Source: Mobula hypostoma
Taxonomy: Eukaryota
Assembly: GCF_963921235.1 (NCBI RefSeq)
Contig: NC_086097.1
Location: 65,722,001-65,786,000 of the forward strand
Direction: 5' to 3'
DNA: 64,000 nucleotides
Of the stretch, positions 11,134-24,070 are shown in pieces. The translations under genes and the position numbers were made by a program. Below the pieces are notes generated by a model. The model saw only the letters and a program-made list of their open reading frames with translations. It did not search any database and was not told the origin of the DNA. Every line of letters starts with the position of its first letter. Position 1 is the first letter of the stretch.

Positions 11134-13267
11134 TTATAACTAATTTTATAATCATTTTATTATTTCTAACTCATGTTGTACTGTTATAGTTGTATAGTTC
11201 AAATTTCAAGGTGCTTTATGTGCTATTATTCTTAAAAGCTGTACTTTAAATGCTGGAAGAATTCTGTAACTTAGTTTTGGAGGATTCACTGCAATTCATG
11301 TTAATTTAAAAGTGCGGTAAACAACATTTTTGATTACCCATGCTTGCTAATTCTTCAAAACACCCATATGGGGCTTGACAAATTTAAATGTTAATTGGTA
11401 TAGTTGATCTATTATGGGAGAGAGGATCTATCTGGAACACGTTACAGTTTGCTTACAGTTAAATTATGTTGCAAATGTATAAAATGCATGGGAATTAAGA
11501 TTGCTAATTGACTTGGAATTCAAGTTTTCTGAATAATGTTTTTGTTTTCTTTTTTATTCTTTTTGAAAGAAGCTTGGAGCAATTTTGTTTTTGTATCATG
11601 TCACATCAAATTCGAATTGTCTAAATTTTGTGTTGCTGTTGCTATTTTATTATTCACAATACTTGCATCACTTCTCCAGTAGGTGGCAGCCTTCTCATTT
11701 AAGCAGTACGCCTCGAAAGGATGAACTGAGGATGTCAGTGTTTCTTGTAATTGCTCCCAGTCTATTTGTTGCTTACTTATGAATTAACTTGCATTTATTG
11801 AACTAAATCATTTCAATCATTTAATTACACCTGAGGAGCTGAACTATAATTGCCTGCAGCTAACCAGGATCTAATATGGCTTCAGCTGTATTAATTTGAT
11901 GTTTACTTTTCTGAGCGCTAAAAGCATTAAAATGATTGCGCGATGGGATTACATTTTGTTAATTGCTGGCAATCATTATCTTGGAAATGGTATTGAAGAA
12001 AGAGTGTACAATATAGAGGGATGAAATTTATAATTTATGTAATGAACAATAGGGCAGCCTGTCTTCTTTTAAAATGCCCATGAGATTATTAAAAATTGCT
12101 TTCTTTCTATGTCTTGGTATATTAAAATATTAAAAGACTGAAATTATTATTCACCTTTTTGTAGTTCTATATCTGCATTGACTGAGACATGCACGGTACA
12201 TTTAATTAATGTAATAAAACACCTGCATTTCAACTAATCCAAAAGTAAATGAGGAACGGATGGAAAGATTGCCTGTTTCTAAGAAGCTCCGTTGAAGACT
12301 ATTGGAAATAAAAGAGCGAGTCATTTCATTGGAAAATTTCTGTAAAGAATTCATTGTATTAGCATTTAGGTGTGAAGATAATGGAACATCATGAAATCTC
12401 AGCACTTTTTGGATTGTAACAATCATGAGCCGTGTAACTTGTCCCCTAACTTACTGCAAATGTAATGTTTTCACTCTTTTTTTAAAGTAAACTCTACTGA
12501 AGCAAATTCAGTTAAATGGCCCAATTCATTTTGCTGTGATTTGTACCATTTTTGTAGCTGGCCCATAACTTAAAGACTAATATAAATGTGAGAGCTTTCA
12601 AGAGATCCCAAAAAACTCTTATAAGGACCATGATTGAGGGATATTGGGTGGTTTGCCAGGAATAACTCGTAAGTCCGCTTTTAAAATAGTCTGGTAGGTT
12701 CTTGTACATTGACCTATGAAAGTGAAGGATGTCTCCAGTTGTATTATTCCCTTACTATTACATTTGTTCAAGTTTAATGGTCAAGTTTCTGTAGTGGAAT
12801 TTCCACCCCCCAATCTTTTGACTCCTGACCATTTGTACTATCAATTGGACCACAACTTCCAAACAGTAAAACTAATGTAAAAAGATGAAAACTGAAAATT
12901 CATATGTCTTTAATATGTGGTATTTAATTCACTGTTATTTATTATTATCTCTTGAGTATATTTAGTATACTACTGCTGTGATTTGGTGCTATTTCCCAAC
13001 AAAAGCTCAACATGTTATTCAAAAAAGTTTGAGGACACAAAAACTCCTATTTATTGCTTGAACTGTTATTGTAAGAAAAAATCAAGAATTAGAATGCAAG
13101 TTAAGCATTGGTCATGTTATAAGTTCTGTACATACTGCATATATTTGGGCTAAAATATTTTAACTGCTGTATTTAATTATTGGATTTTATATTAATAGAT
13201 CTTTAAGCAATACTAACAAGTATGGCAATACTTGTTTTTGAATCTTTTTTGTAACTTCTTGTTGCAG

Positions 13268-13314
13268 TTCAGAAAATATGGAAGAAAAAGCAAGATCGCA
13301 AATACAAATGGAAG
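13268..13314 (+). CDS. Candidate short exon of unidentified host gene
   Basis: Acceptor ttcttgttgcag, donor AAG|gttggt; 47 nt, purine-rich, open in all three frames (e.g. SENMEEKARSQIQME or QKIWKKKQDRKYKWK). Confidence 0.35.
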
Positions 13315-15881
13315 GTTGGTAAAATATAGATTTGCTTTACAATCAACGTGAAAAATATTTGTCCTATGCTGCCTTCCACTTTTTCCAATTAAACAATTGT
13401 TTTTCTTAAGGTAATTTACTATAACAATAAAGAAGGCATGTGCGCAAAGTAGTTAGAGAAGCATGTCACCTATTTTGAAGTACTTTTAAAACAATAGTAT
13501 TATCACCATTGCCTTTCTATGGGTAATTATAATTCTTAAAGATATTTTGGGTATAATCAATGCCCTTTACAGCTGATTATTCTGAAATCTTGTGTTAATT
13601 TTTTAATGAGTTTTATTGTTTTAAGTACAAATAATGGAAATTTTAAATTTACAGTATATGGAAAATTATAAGTATTTGCCAGATGTTATAATGATCTAAA
13701 CTATTGTGTCCTTGTTATACTGAACTAAGGAGATTGACAGTATTGCAGAGAGAAATCATGAGAGAAGTTGCTGATGTGAAAAGTCAGATTCAGGGACCAG
13801 CACTGGACTGCGAGCTTAGTGCCTCAAGCCCAAGTATCTGAATGGTGATCTCATAGACATACATAAGCTGTTAAAGTGCATGTAATAACATTAATTTAGT
13901 TTGAATTATGCAAATGAGTTACACAACAGAGGTTCAAAATAATAAAATGGAACTTAAATGCTGTTATTAGTATTTTTTCTTCAGGGAGATTTAACTTGTG
14001 AATTAAGCTTCTGGATACATCAGTGAAGAAAACTCTGGCAGTTAAAAGAAACTGACTGGGTGTCTCTGTGGAAGCATGTTAGGATCTCCCTGAATTTTAA
14101 TTAATATGGGCCAATTGGCCTTAATATTGTGATAATACACTTCCTTAAGTACATTTAAATATCTTGATAGTAGAAGGAAAATACATGAATGATGAGAAGA
14201 ATTTTTTTGTTTATTTAGAATGGGCAACTTAAACTGTCAGCGTTTCATTTGTCAAATAGATACAAGCTTTTGAAATCATAACTATTTACAAGAAAGATTA
14301 CTACTATGATAAAAGTATTCCTATCAACTCATAAACAGTTTGTGCTTTGATTTTCTTTTTTTTTTGATCAAGGAAAATAGGTTTTCACATCTTTAACTTT
14401 ACTGTCATGAATTTTTCCAAGGCTCAGCAGTTAAGCATGTGTTACCTATAAAACTATGATACTTCACCACCATTTACTTGTAACATAACATGTTAAAAAA
14501 TGCAGATATTCTTTTGCAGGTTTTAAATAACCTGTGCCCACTGGTTTTGAAACCAGAGTTTGAATATCATTGAGCTTTGATTATACATGTACTGAGGTAA
14601 CTGGAAGGAATGACAATGAGAGATAAACAGAATGTTTACCTATCCCTTATGAGCTGATGCTGATATGTAAATTTATTCTTCTCTGTTGCACAAATATACA
14701 TTCTGACTCTTGCTTAAACACTTCAGAGGTCTTAGTCAAACAGCTATAATGGTGTTTCCAATATTCTGAATGTGTGACATTTGATGAATGTCTTGTGCAG
14801 CTTGATATCCAAGGAATAGTGTGAATGAACAAGTCATTGATAACTACTCTATCACTGTGAAGTAATTTATTATTTTACTGTTCATATTCCATCTTGACAT
14901 TTTTATCTGCAGAAGGCAAATTTCATTTGAAAAATCTAATCTAAGATTTATTTTGGATATTGGCTTTTTCCTGTTGATCATGGGAAGAGTTCCCAAAGGA
15001 AATTGTGCATCCAGTTTCAGATTAAGCAGAAGGTCTGCTGTTGTTAAGGGAGTTACACATTTAGCATGTGTGCAGACCGCATGTGTATGTATTGTCAAGG
15101 AAAATAAAGGTAACAATTCAGTTTTGAAACTGTGTAACTATGACAAATAGTTATATGGTAGCATTTAGTTTCTATTATTTTTTAAATTCCGGCTTAATTC
15201 CTGAGAAGAGTAGTAATAAATGTCTTCAGTTTTCTCATCAGTACAGAAACATTTTGTAAATATATTTTTGCAACTGGCCTACTCATTCACACATAATCTG
15301 ATAAACAAAATGCCTTAAATGTAATGTTAGATGTCCATCCACATATGTAACAATAATATGGTGTTAATATTACTGATGTTATTGATGAAAGCAATCATTA
15401 AGAAAATTTAGTGCCAATATTGTTTTCTGATTTAAATAACCTGTGACAGTGATTTTGAAACCAAAGTTCAAATATCCTATAGCTTTCATCATGCATGCAC
15501 AGAATTAAATGAAATGAATGAGAATGAAAGCAAGGATTCATTGTTCTCTGTTCACCACTCTGGTCAGTTACTTTAATTTATGCTAATTTTACATTGAAAT
15601 TGTGAATTTCAATGTTTGTATCACTTCCAGGATGTGCTCCAAAATCATCATCTGCCTATTTATGCAACCACAACTATTCATTAAATTTCCAAGATTACCT
15701 CACACAATACATGTGCAAAAAAAATTCCCCCAGTAATATCTGAAACTTGGACTAAACCCATTTGATTTGGTATAATTGAGATTCTAGAGTTATTCTATCA
15801 GTTATTACGATTTTAAAAATATTACTGACATCTAAGCCATACTTAGCTTTAATAAGCTTGATTTTTTTCCACTCTTTCCAG

Positions 15882-15924
15882 CTGCTTAGTGTTTCAGAAC
15901 AAATGATTATTCTTTCCTATGAAA
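15882..15924 (+). CDS. Candidate short exon (LLSVSEQMIILSYE)
   Basis: Strong acceptor tttttttccactctttccag, donor AAA|gtaatt; 43 nt. Confidence 0.3.
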
Positions 15925-16314
15925 GTAATTGAGAATAATCCTGGTTAGTGTAACAGAAATAAAAAACAGTGTCAAAAACAAAAGATGTTTAGTTGTGTAT
16001 CTAGTGAGGCTATTACCTCAAAAGGTAGTTCTGGCATTTTCAGATGTTGAACAAATGCTCTTCATGCCAGTATTTTACATTGTCCAACTTAACACCATGG
16101 TCGTTGGTATGAAAATAATTCTTATGGTTCTTGTCATAAGTAAAAAACACATTGCATATTCATAAATAAATATGAAAACTGAGTCGACTTCTTCAACCAT
16201 CGACCTGATGATAAAATACCAGACATCTGAATGAGGTAAGTTAATTTAAAGCCATTGTGAACTGAGATGTACAAACTTTGTATACCAAGATGAATAAATA
16301 GTATAGATTATATA

Positions 16315-16381
16315 CAGTACTGCACAAAAGTCTTAAGCACATGTATGTAGCTAGGGTGCTTAAGACTTTTGCACAGTATTG
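16315..16381. mobile_element. 67 bp Tc1/mariner-type mini-MITE
   Basis: 26 bp TIRs cagtactgcacaaaagtcttaagcac / gtgcttaagacttttgcacagtattg, 15 bp spacer, TA on both sides. Confidence 0.88.
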
Positions 16382-17194
16382 TATTTATCAATGTGGAGCA
16401 GAGAGCGAGTTTGTAAATCTAGTGGGGGCAAAAGATATAGGGATTGGTGATGGTGGAATGCCACAGGAGGGGGTATGGGATAGCTGGCAGAGAAGGAATG
16501 GCAGGAAATTCAGAACATTTCATAGTTTAATGTGCCACTTCAAGTTCTAATTTCAAACCAAAATGAAAATACCTTTACATCTTTTATGAGTATTCCAATT
16601 TTTGCTTTACCTACTAAGGGCAATATTTTATTAAATCAATATTTATTAGTTAAAATGCAGGTTGCAGTTATATGAAAACATATGTTGAAATCCTTTCTGA
16701 AGATAACTTTCAGTATTTATGTTATCATGGTCATGCCTTCAATCAGCTGAGGCGGAATAGTAAGTTAAATTTAGATAGTTTTTTCAAAGGTAACTGTTAA
16801 GATTCATTTTTGTCAAATTAATATTGTGCAGTATTCTGTATTAATTCCATTTTCTTAGTATCACTGGAATTAATATTTTCACATATATCAAACTTTCCTA
16901 ATACATTCCAGATGTTCTCCCAGCCAGTCCGGTCCAGAGCTTTGAAAAGCATCAACATTTTGTTCACTTCCTATTAAAAGTAAATATAGATGATGTAGTG
17001 ATAATAATGGGCACCTAGTATATTTTAATTTATTCTGTATCAAATAAACTAATTTTCTTCATTTGAACCAAGTTCCTTCAAACTGAATGCAGCTCTTGAA
17101 ATGTGTTTTACTTTTCATAATGTGTTTCACGATCATATCACTATCACCGAAACCTTGTTACTATGCCCATCATTAGCAATCCACGTATCAAAGG

Positions 17195-18239
17195 ATTCAG
17201 AATCGGGTTTATTATCACTGACATATGTCATGAAATTTGTTTTGTGGCAAAGGTGCAATACATTAAAGCTTAATATAAGTTACAATAAGAGTGCTTTAAA
17301 AAATTATTAAAGAGATAAATTGTACAAAACGAGAGAAAAATGGTGAGGTTGTATTTACAGGTTCATGAACCGTTCAGAAATCTGGCTAGAGGAAGAAGCT
17401 GTTTCTAAACACTGAGTGTGCATCTTCAAGCTCCTGTATCACCTCCCTGATGATAGTCTTAAGAAGAGGACATAATCAGGATAGAAAAGGTCCTTTGAAG
17501 GATGTCATTGATGGAGCTGGCTGAGTCTATAAAACTCTGCAGCTTTTTCTGATCCTGTGCATTGACAAAGTTCAAAGTAAATTTATGATCAAAGCACATG
17601 TATGTTATCATTGACTATCCTGAGATTCATTTTCTTGTGGACATTCACAGTACACTCAAAGAAACACACTAGAATCAATGGAAAGCTGCATAGAACAATT
17701 CAGAATCAGATTTATTATCACCGGCATGTGTTGTGAAACTTGTTAACTTAGCAGCAGCAGTTCAATGCAATACATAATGTAGAAAGAAGAAGAAAAAATA
17801 ATAATTAAATAAGTAAATCGATAACAGTATACGTATATTGAATAGATTAAAAATCATGCAAAAAGACAGGGAAACAATCAGTGTTCAAAAGCCAATGAAT
17901 TGTAGAAATACATAACAGGGAAAAAACAAAATAATAATAAATAAGTAAATAATAAATATTGAGAATGAGTTGTAGAGTTCTTGGAAGTGAGTCCATTGGT
18001 CATAGAATCAGTTCATTGTTAAGGTGAGTGAAGTTATATACAGTACTCTGGCTCAAGAGACTGATGGTTGAAGGGTAGTAACTGTTCCTGAACCTGGTGA
18101 TGTGGGTCCTGAGACTCCTCACCTCCCTGATGACAGCAGTGAGAAGAGAGCACAGCCTGGATGGTGAGGGCCCTTGACGATGGATGCTGCTTGCCCACCA
18201 TAGCGCTCCTTGTGAACGTTCTCAAAGGAGGAAGGGCTT
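17195..18239 (-). mobile_element. Cluster of nested Rex1/Babar- or L2-like LINE 3' fragments
   Basis: Reverse-complemented tails (gattcagaatc..tttattatca at 17195 and 17700; ttcaaagtaaatttat at 17570) and sequence similar to 4620-4860 and 44940-45360. Confidence 0.7.
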
Positions 18240-18462
18240 TGTTATGTTTTGTAACACCAGAAACTAATTGAAAGAAAAACACAGGAGCCGGGATAACTTT
18301 CTACTTAGTTTTTATTTCCTTTTTTTAAGTAAGGTTCCTTTTTTGACATATGCCATTCACATACTTCATAAATATAACCCATAATTAATTATGTAAACAA
18401 TGCCTAATCAAAGAATAGATTTACAATAAAACTCAAATATTACTGAATTATTGAATACACAA
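18240..18462 (-). repeat. 3' LTR of the Gypsy element
   Basis: Starts tgttatgttttgtaac; similar along its length to 26773-27011. Confidence 0.75.
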
Positions 18463-20717
18463 ACTCCAACTTAATATAGAATGTATCACAACTCAAATAT
18501 GTAACTCTTGGCATCTTGTGCATACAGTACACTGTGTAATACAACTACTAAATAAATGTGCACAGCATAATAAACTTTAATTTAGACCATTCAGGCATAA
18601 ATACTTGATCACAGTGGAGGATTTCTTATCTTTGTAGTATAACATCTTTCCTAATGGCGGGGGGGGCGTCACTCTGCTTGGTAGGTGAGACTTGTGGGTG
18701 TGAAACAATCTCAGATTCTGGGGCCACCTTTGTGGTGGTTGTAAGAGTTGACTCTGGTACTGCAGGAAATGGTTCTGACAGCTCTGGACATCTTCCTTCT
18801 CGAACAATTAACTCTGCTTTCCTCAACTGATCAAAGTGTCGTCTCCAGATGACATCAGATGCAATCTCCACTGTGTGGGAGAGTACAAGTTCTGTCCTTA
18901 ATCGTTCCAAATACCCACTTTTTATCATCCCTGTAATCCCTTGCCAGGACTGCTTGTCCAAGAGTGAAATATTAAACCTCCTTGTTTGAGGAGCCTTCAA
19001 TTTGTCTCAGTTGTTTGGCTTGCATACTCCTTAGATTGGATTTGAGGAGATCCAAGTGTGAGTGCAAAGGCTGACCCAGGAACAACATAGCTGATGAGTT
19101 GTTGGTTGTGGAGTGGGCTGTATTGCGATATGCAAAGTGGTTCTGATTTAGTGTAGTGTTTTCTGCTGACAATATTTGCACTGCATTCTTTAGACTCTGG
19201 ACAAACCTTTTCACTAAACTATTTGTAGTTGGGTGGTACATTGCAGATATAATATGTCTCATTCCATTCATTTTCAGGAATAACTAAACTGTTCCACAGC
19301 AAACTGTTGTTCATTGTCACTGACCAAATGTTCTGGAGCACCAGTCCTTGAGAAGAGGCTTCTCAACACATTCACAGTGTGCGAGGCTGTAGTGGAGGCC
19401 ATTGGGAACACTTTGTAGCTGCATCCACTATTAGCAAGAAATTTGTACCCATTAATATTCTGGTAAAATGCGCATGGATCATCAGCCAGGGCAATGCAGG
19501 CTATTCCTATGGATGGAGAGGCGCTGCTCTTGGCATCTTCTGGACATGTTGGCATCTAGAACAGTGATGGCAAGCTGCTTGGTTTAAAGAGTTCACACTT
19601 CTTATGTCATGCTCTGAGCCCATAATCTTATAATCTGTTTAACACTGTTTTGAGATTTTGGAAATGTTCCTTGTTATCCTGACCAGTAACAATAATATCA
19701 TTCAGCTCAGCAGCACATGGCTCATAGCTTTCTGTGAGAGTATGCATACAGATGCTACTCTAAAAATAAGCCTTTTATAGCTTTGTGAGTGTTTATGGTG
19801 AGAAACACTTGTAACTCTTCTTTTATCTCCATCTGTAGGTAAGCCTCAGCTAAGTCCAGAAAGGTTTGCAAAAGATGCCCTCTATCCTGGGCAGATGGTA
19901 TTGATCTACTTTCACTACTGGGTTGATGGTGACCTTAAAATCACAGATCCTGACAGGCCTATCCTTCTAAGCTACTGGGACCACTGGTGTTGCCCATGGA
20001 CTCCACTTAACCCTGGAAAGAATTCTTTCAGCCTCCATGTGATCTAAGTCACTGGCTACTTTATCACAGAGAGTATAAGGAGCTGGGTGCGCTTGGTAAA
20101 ACTTGGGTGTAGCATTTTCATTTAACTCTATTTTATCCTTGATGTGTTTGAGTTTTCCAATGCCATCCTTGAACACCGCTGTGGCATCATCCAGTATCTT
20201 CCTTAATTCACTTTCAATTGACTGTATTGCAGGCAATGTGGCATGCAAATGATGAATGGATCTCCAATCAAGTTGTAGTAGTCTCAACCAATCATGGCCC
20301 CAGAATGCTGATCCTCCTGTTTTTACCACATACAAGCACAATGTGGCTTGTTGGTTTTTCTTTTTCTCAATTGAGAATGTCATTCCCATTGGAGTTAACT
20401 TTTCTCCAGTATAAGTTCTTAGATTCAGTCCAGTGTCTTTGAAATGCCGTTGACACTCTTTTTGTGGAATGAAACAACTGAGCCAGTGTCCAATTCCTTT
20501 TTAATTAATTTGCCATTCAATCCTGTTGTAAGCCATGTTCTTTGTCTCTTGTTAGTTTTCACATTGGAAATCTCAAGGCTACTCGTTACTGTGTCACTCT
20601 TTATTTTAGATATCCAGTACCTGCAGTTGTTTTTTCTTTCCAATTTCCATTGTCTTTTGCTCTTCCCTGCACAGTTCATTTATTTTTGACTGCCCAGCAT
20701 TCTCTTTATGAGAATTG

Positions 20718-21361
20718 GACCTGCTCGCAGGGTTTTACAACTGGCTGTTGTTCGGCACGCCAAGGGCTTGGCCTAAGAGTTTGGCTCGGCTTTGGAGGCC
20801 TAGGATCTCGGGGCTCTGGAGACGGGTGGATCGAAAGTCAGTGTCGTAGACCAGTATGTCATGGGAGCTGGAACATCTTTGGCTTTGTGCCCAGAGACCT
20901 GAGATCTTTGGGCACAGAGCTCGAAAAAGCGACGCAGTGGGCTTTTAACGTCGTAAACTAGCGAATTGTTTGTTATGTCTCCCCTCTCACTGCAAAACGG
21001 AGACATCTCTTTCTCCCATACTAAGGAGAGAACGAGTCTGTGGTATGTTGAATGTTGGGTGAACAATATAGTCTTTGCAGTACTGCAGGTGTGTTTCTTT
21101 ACTGTTGCTTTTGCTGCACGTTTGAGTGCTTGGTGATGAGTGCCGAAGTTTTTTTTTGCTGATTGGGGGAGGGGGGATTGTGCTTGCTGCTGCTTATGTG
21201 CGGGAGGGAGGGAAGCTGGTGGAGGGGGGACTTCGGGGTTCTAACATTTAACTCGTTCATTCTTTGGGGCACTCCTCTTTTTGTGGATGGTTGCGAAGAA
21301 AAAGCATTTCAGGATGTATATTGTACACATTTCTCTGACATTAAAAGTACCTTTGAAACCT
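20718..21361 (+). mobile_element. Unclassified retroposon 3' portion inserted into the Gypsy gag-protease region
   Basis: GC-richer block that interrupts the Gypsy frame; ends attaaaagtacctttgaaacctt, a polyA-signal-like motif plus short repeat. Confidence 0.5.
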
Positions 21362-22601
21362 TTATATGTGTCCTACTTTGCTGCATTTCCTGCAAGTTTT
21401 GCCTTTAAATCTGCATAGGTCTGGTGTGTGTGAGCCCCTGCCACAAAGGTAACACAATTTGTTCGGCCAGGCAGGTTTCTTTATAGACATTGCAGTTTTG
21501 TTCACGTCCACTTTCATTCCTAACTCCATCTCAATTTCATCTCTTTCTGCTGTTTCTATTGATACAGTGATTTCAATTGATCTTTCAAATGTGTGTTTTT
21601 CTTCAGTTAGGAGACGTCTTCAATTGCTTTCTTGTAAGTTTCCACAAACTAAATGATTTCTCATGCATCATTAAGCTTATCATTGAACTGACAATGCTCA
21701 TACAATCTCTTCAATTCAGCCACATAATTTGAAATGCAGTCCTATTCCTTTTCGATTCTACTTATGAAATGTAAAGCATGCTGCAGTCAGCGATGTCAGC
21801 CTGTAGAGTGCGAAAGGTTTAAAAAGGCAAGGCATTTTCAACAGTTTTTGATTCAGAGCAAGAAGGCTGAGAGTAAACGGCTGATTTTAGGAGCCAAGGC
21901 AATTTTTACCACTCTGGGTATAAGAGAGGCAAGACTATGCAGGTGTGTGACGTCAGCCAGTAGTGCGCGAAAGGTTTAAAAGGAAGATCGCCATATCAAG
22001 TGGGCAGTGTATGGAGCGGGCAGCAGAGTGATAGGGCTTTGGCTCAACGGACTTAGGTGATAACGGGATGAGGTGAGGTAAGTTTTCTGGTGTTATTTGC
22101 AGAAACGAGGAAGTCTGTGTATGAGGCCAGTTTTCTGTGCGTGGTGTCAGATGTGGGAGGTCCTGGAGTCTCCCAGCCTCCCAGACGGCCATATCTGCAC
22201 CAGGTGTGTCGAGCTGCAGCTCCTAAGGGAGCGAGTTAGGGAACTGGAGGTGCAGCTCGATGACCTTCGCCTGGTCAGGGAGAGCGAGGAGGTGATAGAA
22301 AGGCAGGTGGTCACACCAGGGCCACAGGAGGGGGCACAGTCAGGAGGGGGAAGGGGAAGAGTCAGGTTCTAGAGAGTATCCCTGTGGCTGTACCCCTTGA
22401 CAATAAGTACTCCTGTTTGAGTACTGTTGGGGGTGGGGGACAGCCGATCTGGGGGAAGCGACAGTGGCCATGCCTCTGGCACAGATTCTGGCCCTGTGGC
22501 TCAGAAGGGTAGGGAAAGGAAGAGGAAGGCAGTAGTGATAGGGGACTCTATAGTTAGGGGGTCAGACAGGCGATTCTGTGAACGTAGGAAAGAAACTCGG
22601 A

Positions 22602-22700
22602 AAGAAACTTGAAGGGTCTCAGCCTGAAATGTCGACTGTACCTCTTCCTAGAGATGCTGCCTGGCCTGCTGTGTTCACCAGCAACTTTGATGTGTGTTGC
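22602..22700 (+). mobile_element. 99 bp PLE terminal fragment inserted in CR1 ORF1
   Basis: gaagggtctcagcctgaaatgtcgactg...gatgtgtgttgc; 12 bp TSD aagaaactcgga at 22590-22601 and 22701-22712. Confidence 0.88.
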
Positions 22701-24070
22701 AAGAAACTCGGATGGTTGTTTGCCTTCCTGGTGCCAGGGTTTGGGATGTTTCAGATCGCATCCAAGATGTCCTGCAGTGGGAGGGAGAACAGCCAGAGGT
22801 TGTGGTACATTTTGTACCAATGACATAGGTAGGAAAAGGGAAGTGGTCCTGAAAAAAAAAGAGTACAGCGAGTTAGGAATGAAGTTGAGAAGCAGGACCG
22901 CAAAGGTAGTAATCTTGGGATTACTGCCTGTGCCACACGACAGTGAGAATGAGGTGGAGGATAAATGTGTGGCTGAGGGATTGGAGCAGGGGGCAGGGAT
23001 TCAGATTTCTAGATCATTGGGACCTCTTTTGGGGCAGGTGTGACCTGTACAAAAAGGACGGGTTGCACTTGAATCCCAAGGGGACCAATATCCTAGCGGG
23101 GAGATTTGCTAAGGCTACTGAGGAGAGTTTAAACTAGAATTGTTGGGGGGTGGGAACCGAACTGAAGAGACTGGGGAAGAGGAGGTTGGTTCACAAATAG
23201 AGAAAGCTTGGAGACAGTGCTAGAGGGAGGGTAGGCAGGTGATAGAGAAGGGACGCGCTCAGACCGAAGGTTTGAGATGCGTCTATTTTAATGAAAGGAG
23301 TGTTGTGAACAAAGCGGTTGAGCTTAGAGCATGGATCAGTACTTGGAGATATGATGTTGTGGCCATTACAGAGACTTGGATGGCTCAGGAACAGGAATGG
23401 TTACTTCAAGTGCCGGGTTTTAGATGTTTCAGAAAGGACAGGGAGGGAGGCAAAAGAGGTGGGGGCGTGACACTATTGATCAGAGATAGTGTCACAGCTG
23501 CAGAAAAGGTGGACGCCATGGAGAGATTGTCTGCAGAGTCTCTGTGGGTGGAGGTTAGGAACAGGAAAGGGTCAGTAACTTTACTGGGTGTTTTTTATAG
23601 GCCGCCCAATAGTAACAGGGATATCGAGAAGCAGATGGGGAAAAAGATCCTGGAAAGGTATAATAATAACAGAGATGTCATGATGGGAGATTTAAATTTC
23701 CCAATTATCAATTGGCATCTCCCAAGAGCAAGGGGTTTAGATAGCGTGGAGTTTGTAAGGTGTGTTCAGAAGGTTTCCTGACACAATATGTAGATAAGCC
23801 TACAAGAGGAGAGGCTGTACTTGGTTAGATATTGAGAAATGAACATGGTCAGGTGTCAGATCTCTCAGTGGGAGAGCATTTTGGAGATAGTGATCACAAT
23901 TCTATCTCCTTTACCATAGCATTGGAGAGAGATAGGAACAGACAAGTTAGAAAAGTGTTTAATTAGAGTAAAGGGAATTATGAGGCTATCAGGCAGGAAA
24001 TTGGAAGCTTAAATTGGGAACAGATGTTCTCAGGGAAAAATACAGAAGAAATGTGACAAATGTTCAGGGG

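Larger units (their letters stand above)
18240..21760 (-). mobile_element. Decayed Gypsy (Ty3) LTR retrotransposon: gag-protease-RT-integrase remnants with one LTR
   Basis: Minus frames: gag with a CCHC-like knuckle near 21400-21460, ELDTGS protease, WATPVVPV and LDLAEAYLQM (RT), PEHLVSDN, YHPTTNSLVKRFVQSLK and WRRHFDQLR (integrase). Integrase follows RT, i.e. Gypsy order. Confidence 0.9.

Noticed and set aside
16044..16235. Exon-like segment with a good acceptor and a strong GAG|gtaagt donor
   Set aside because: Stops in all three frames before the donor; could only be non-coding, and there is no further support.
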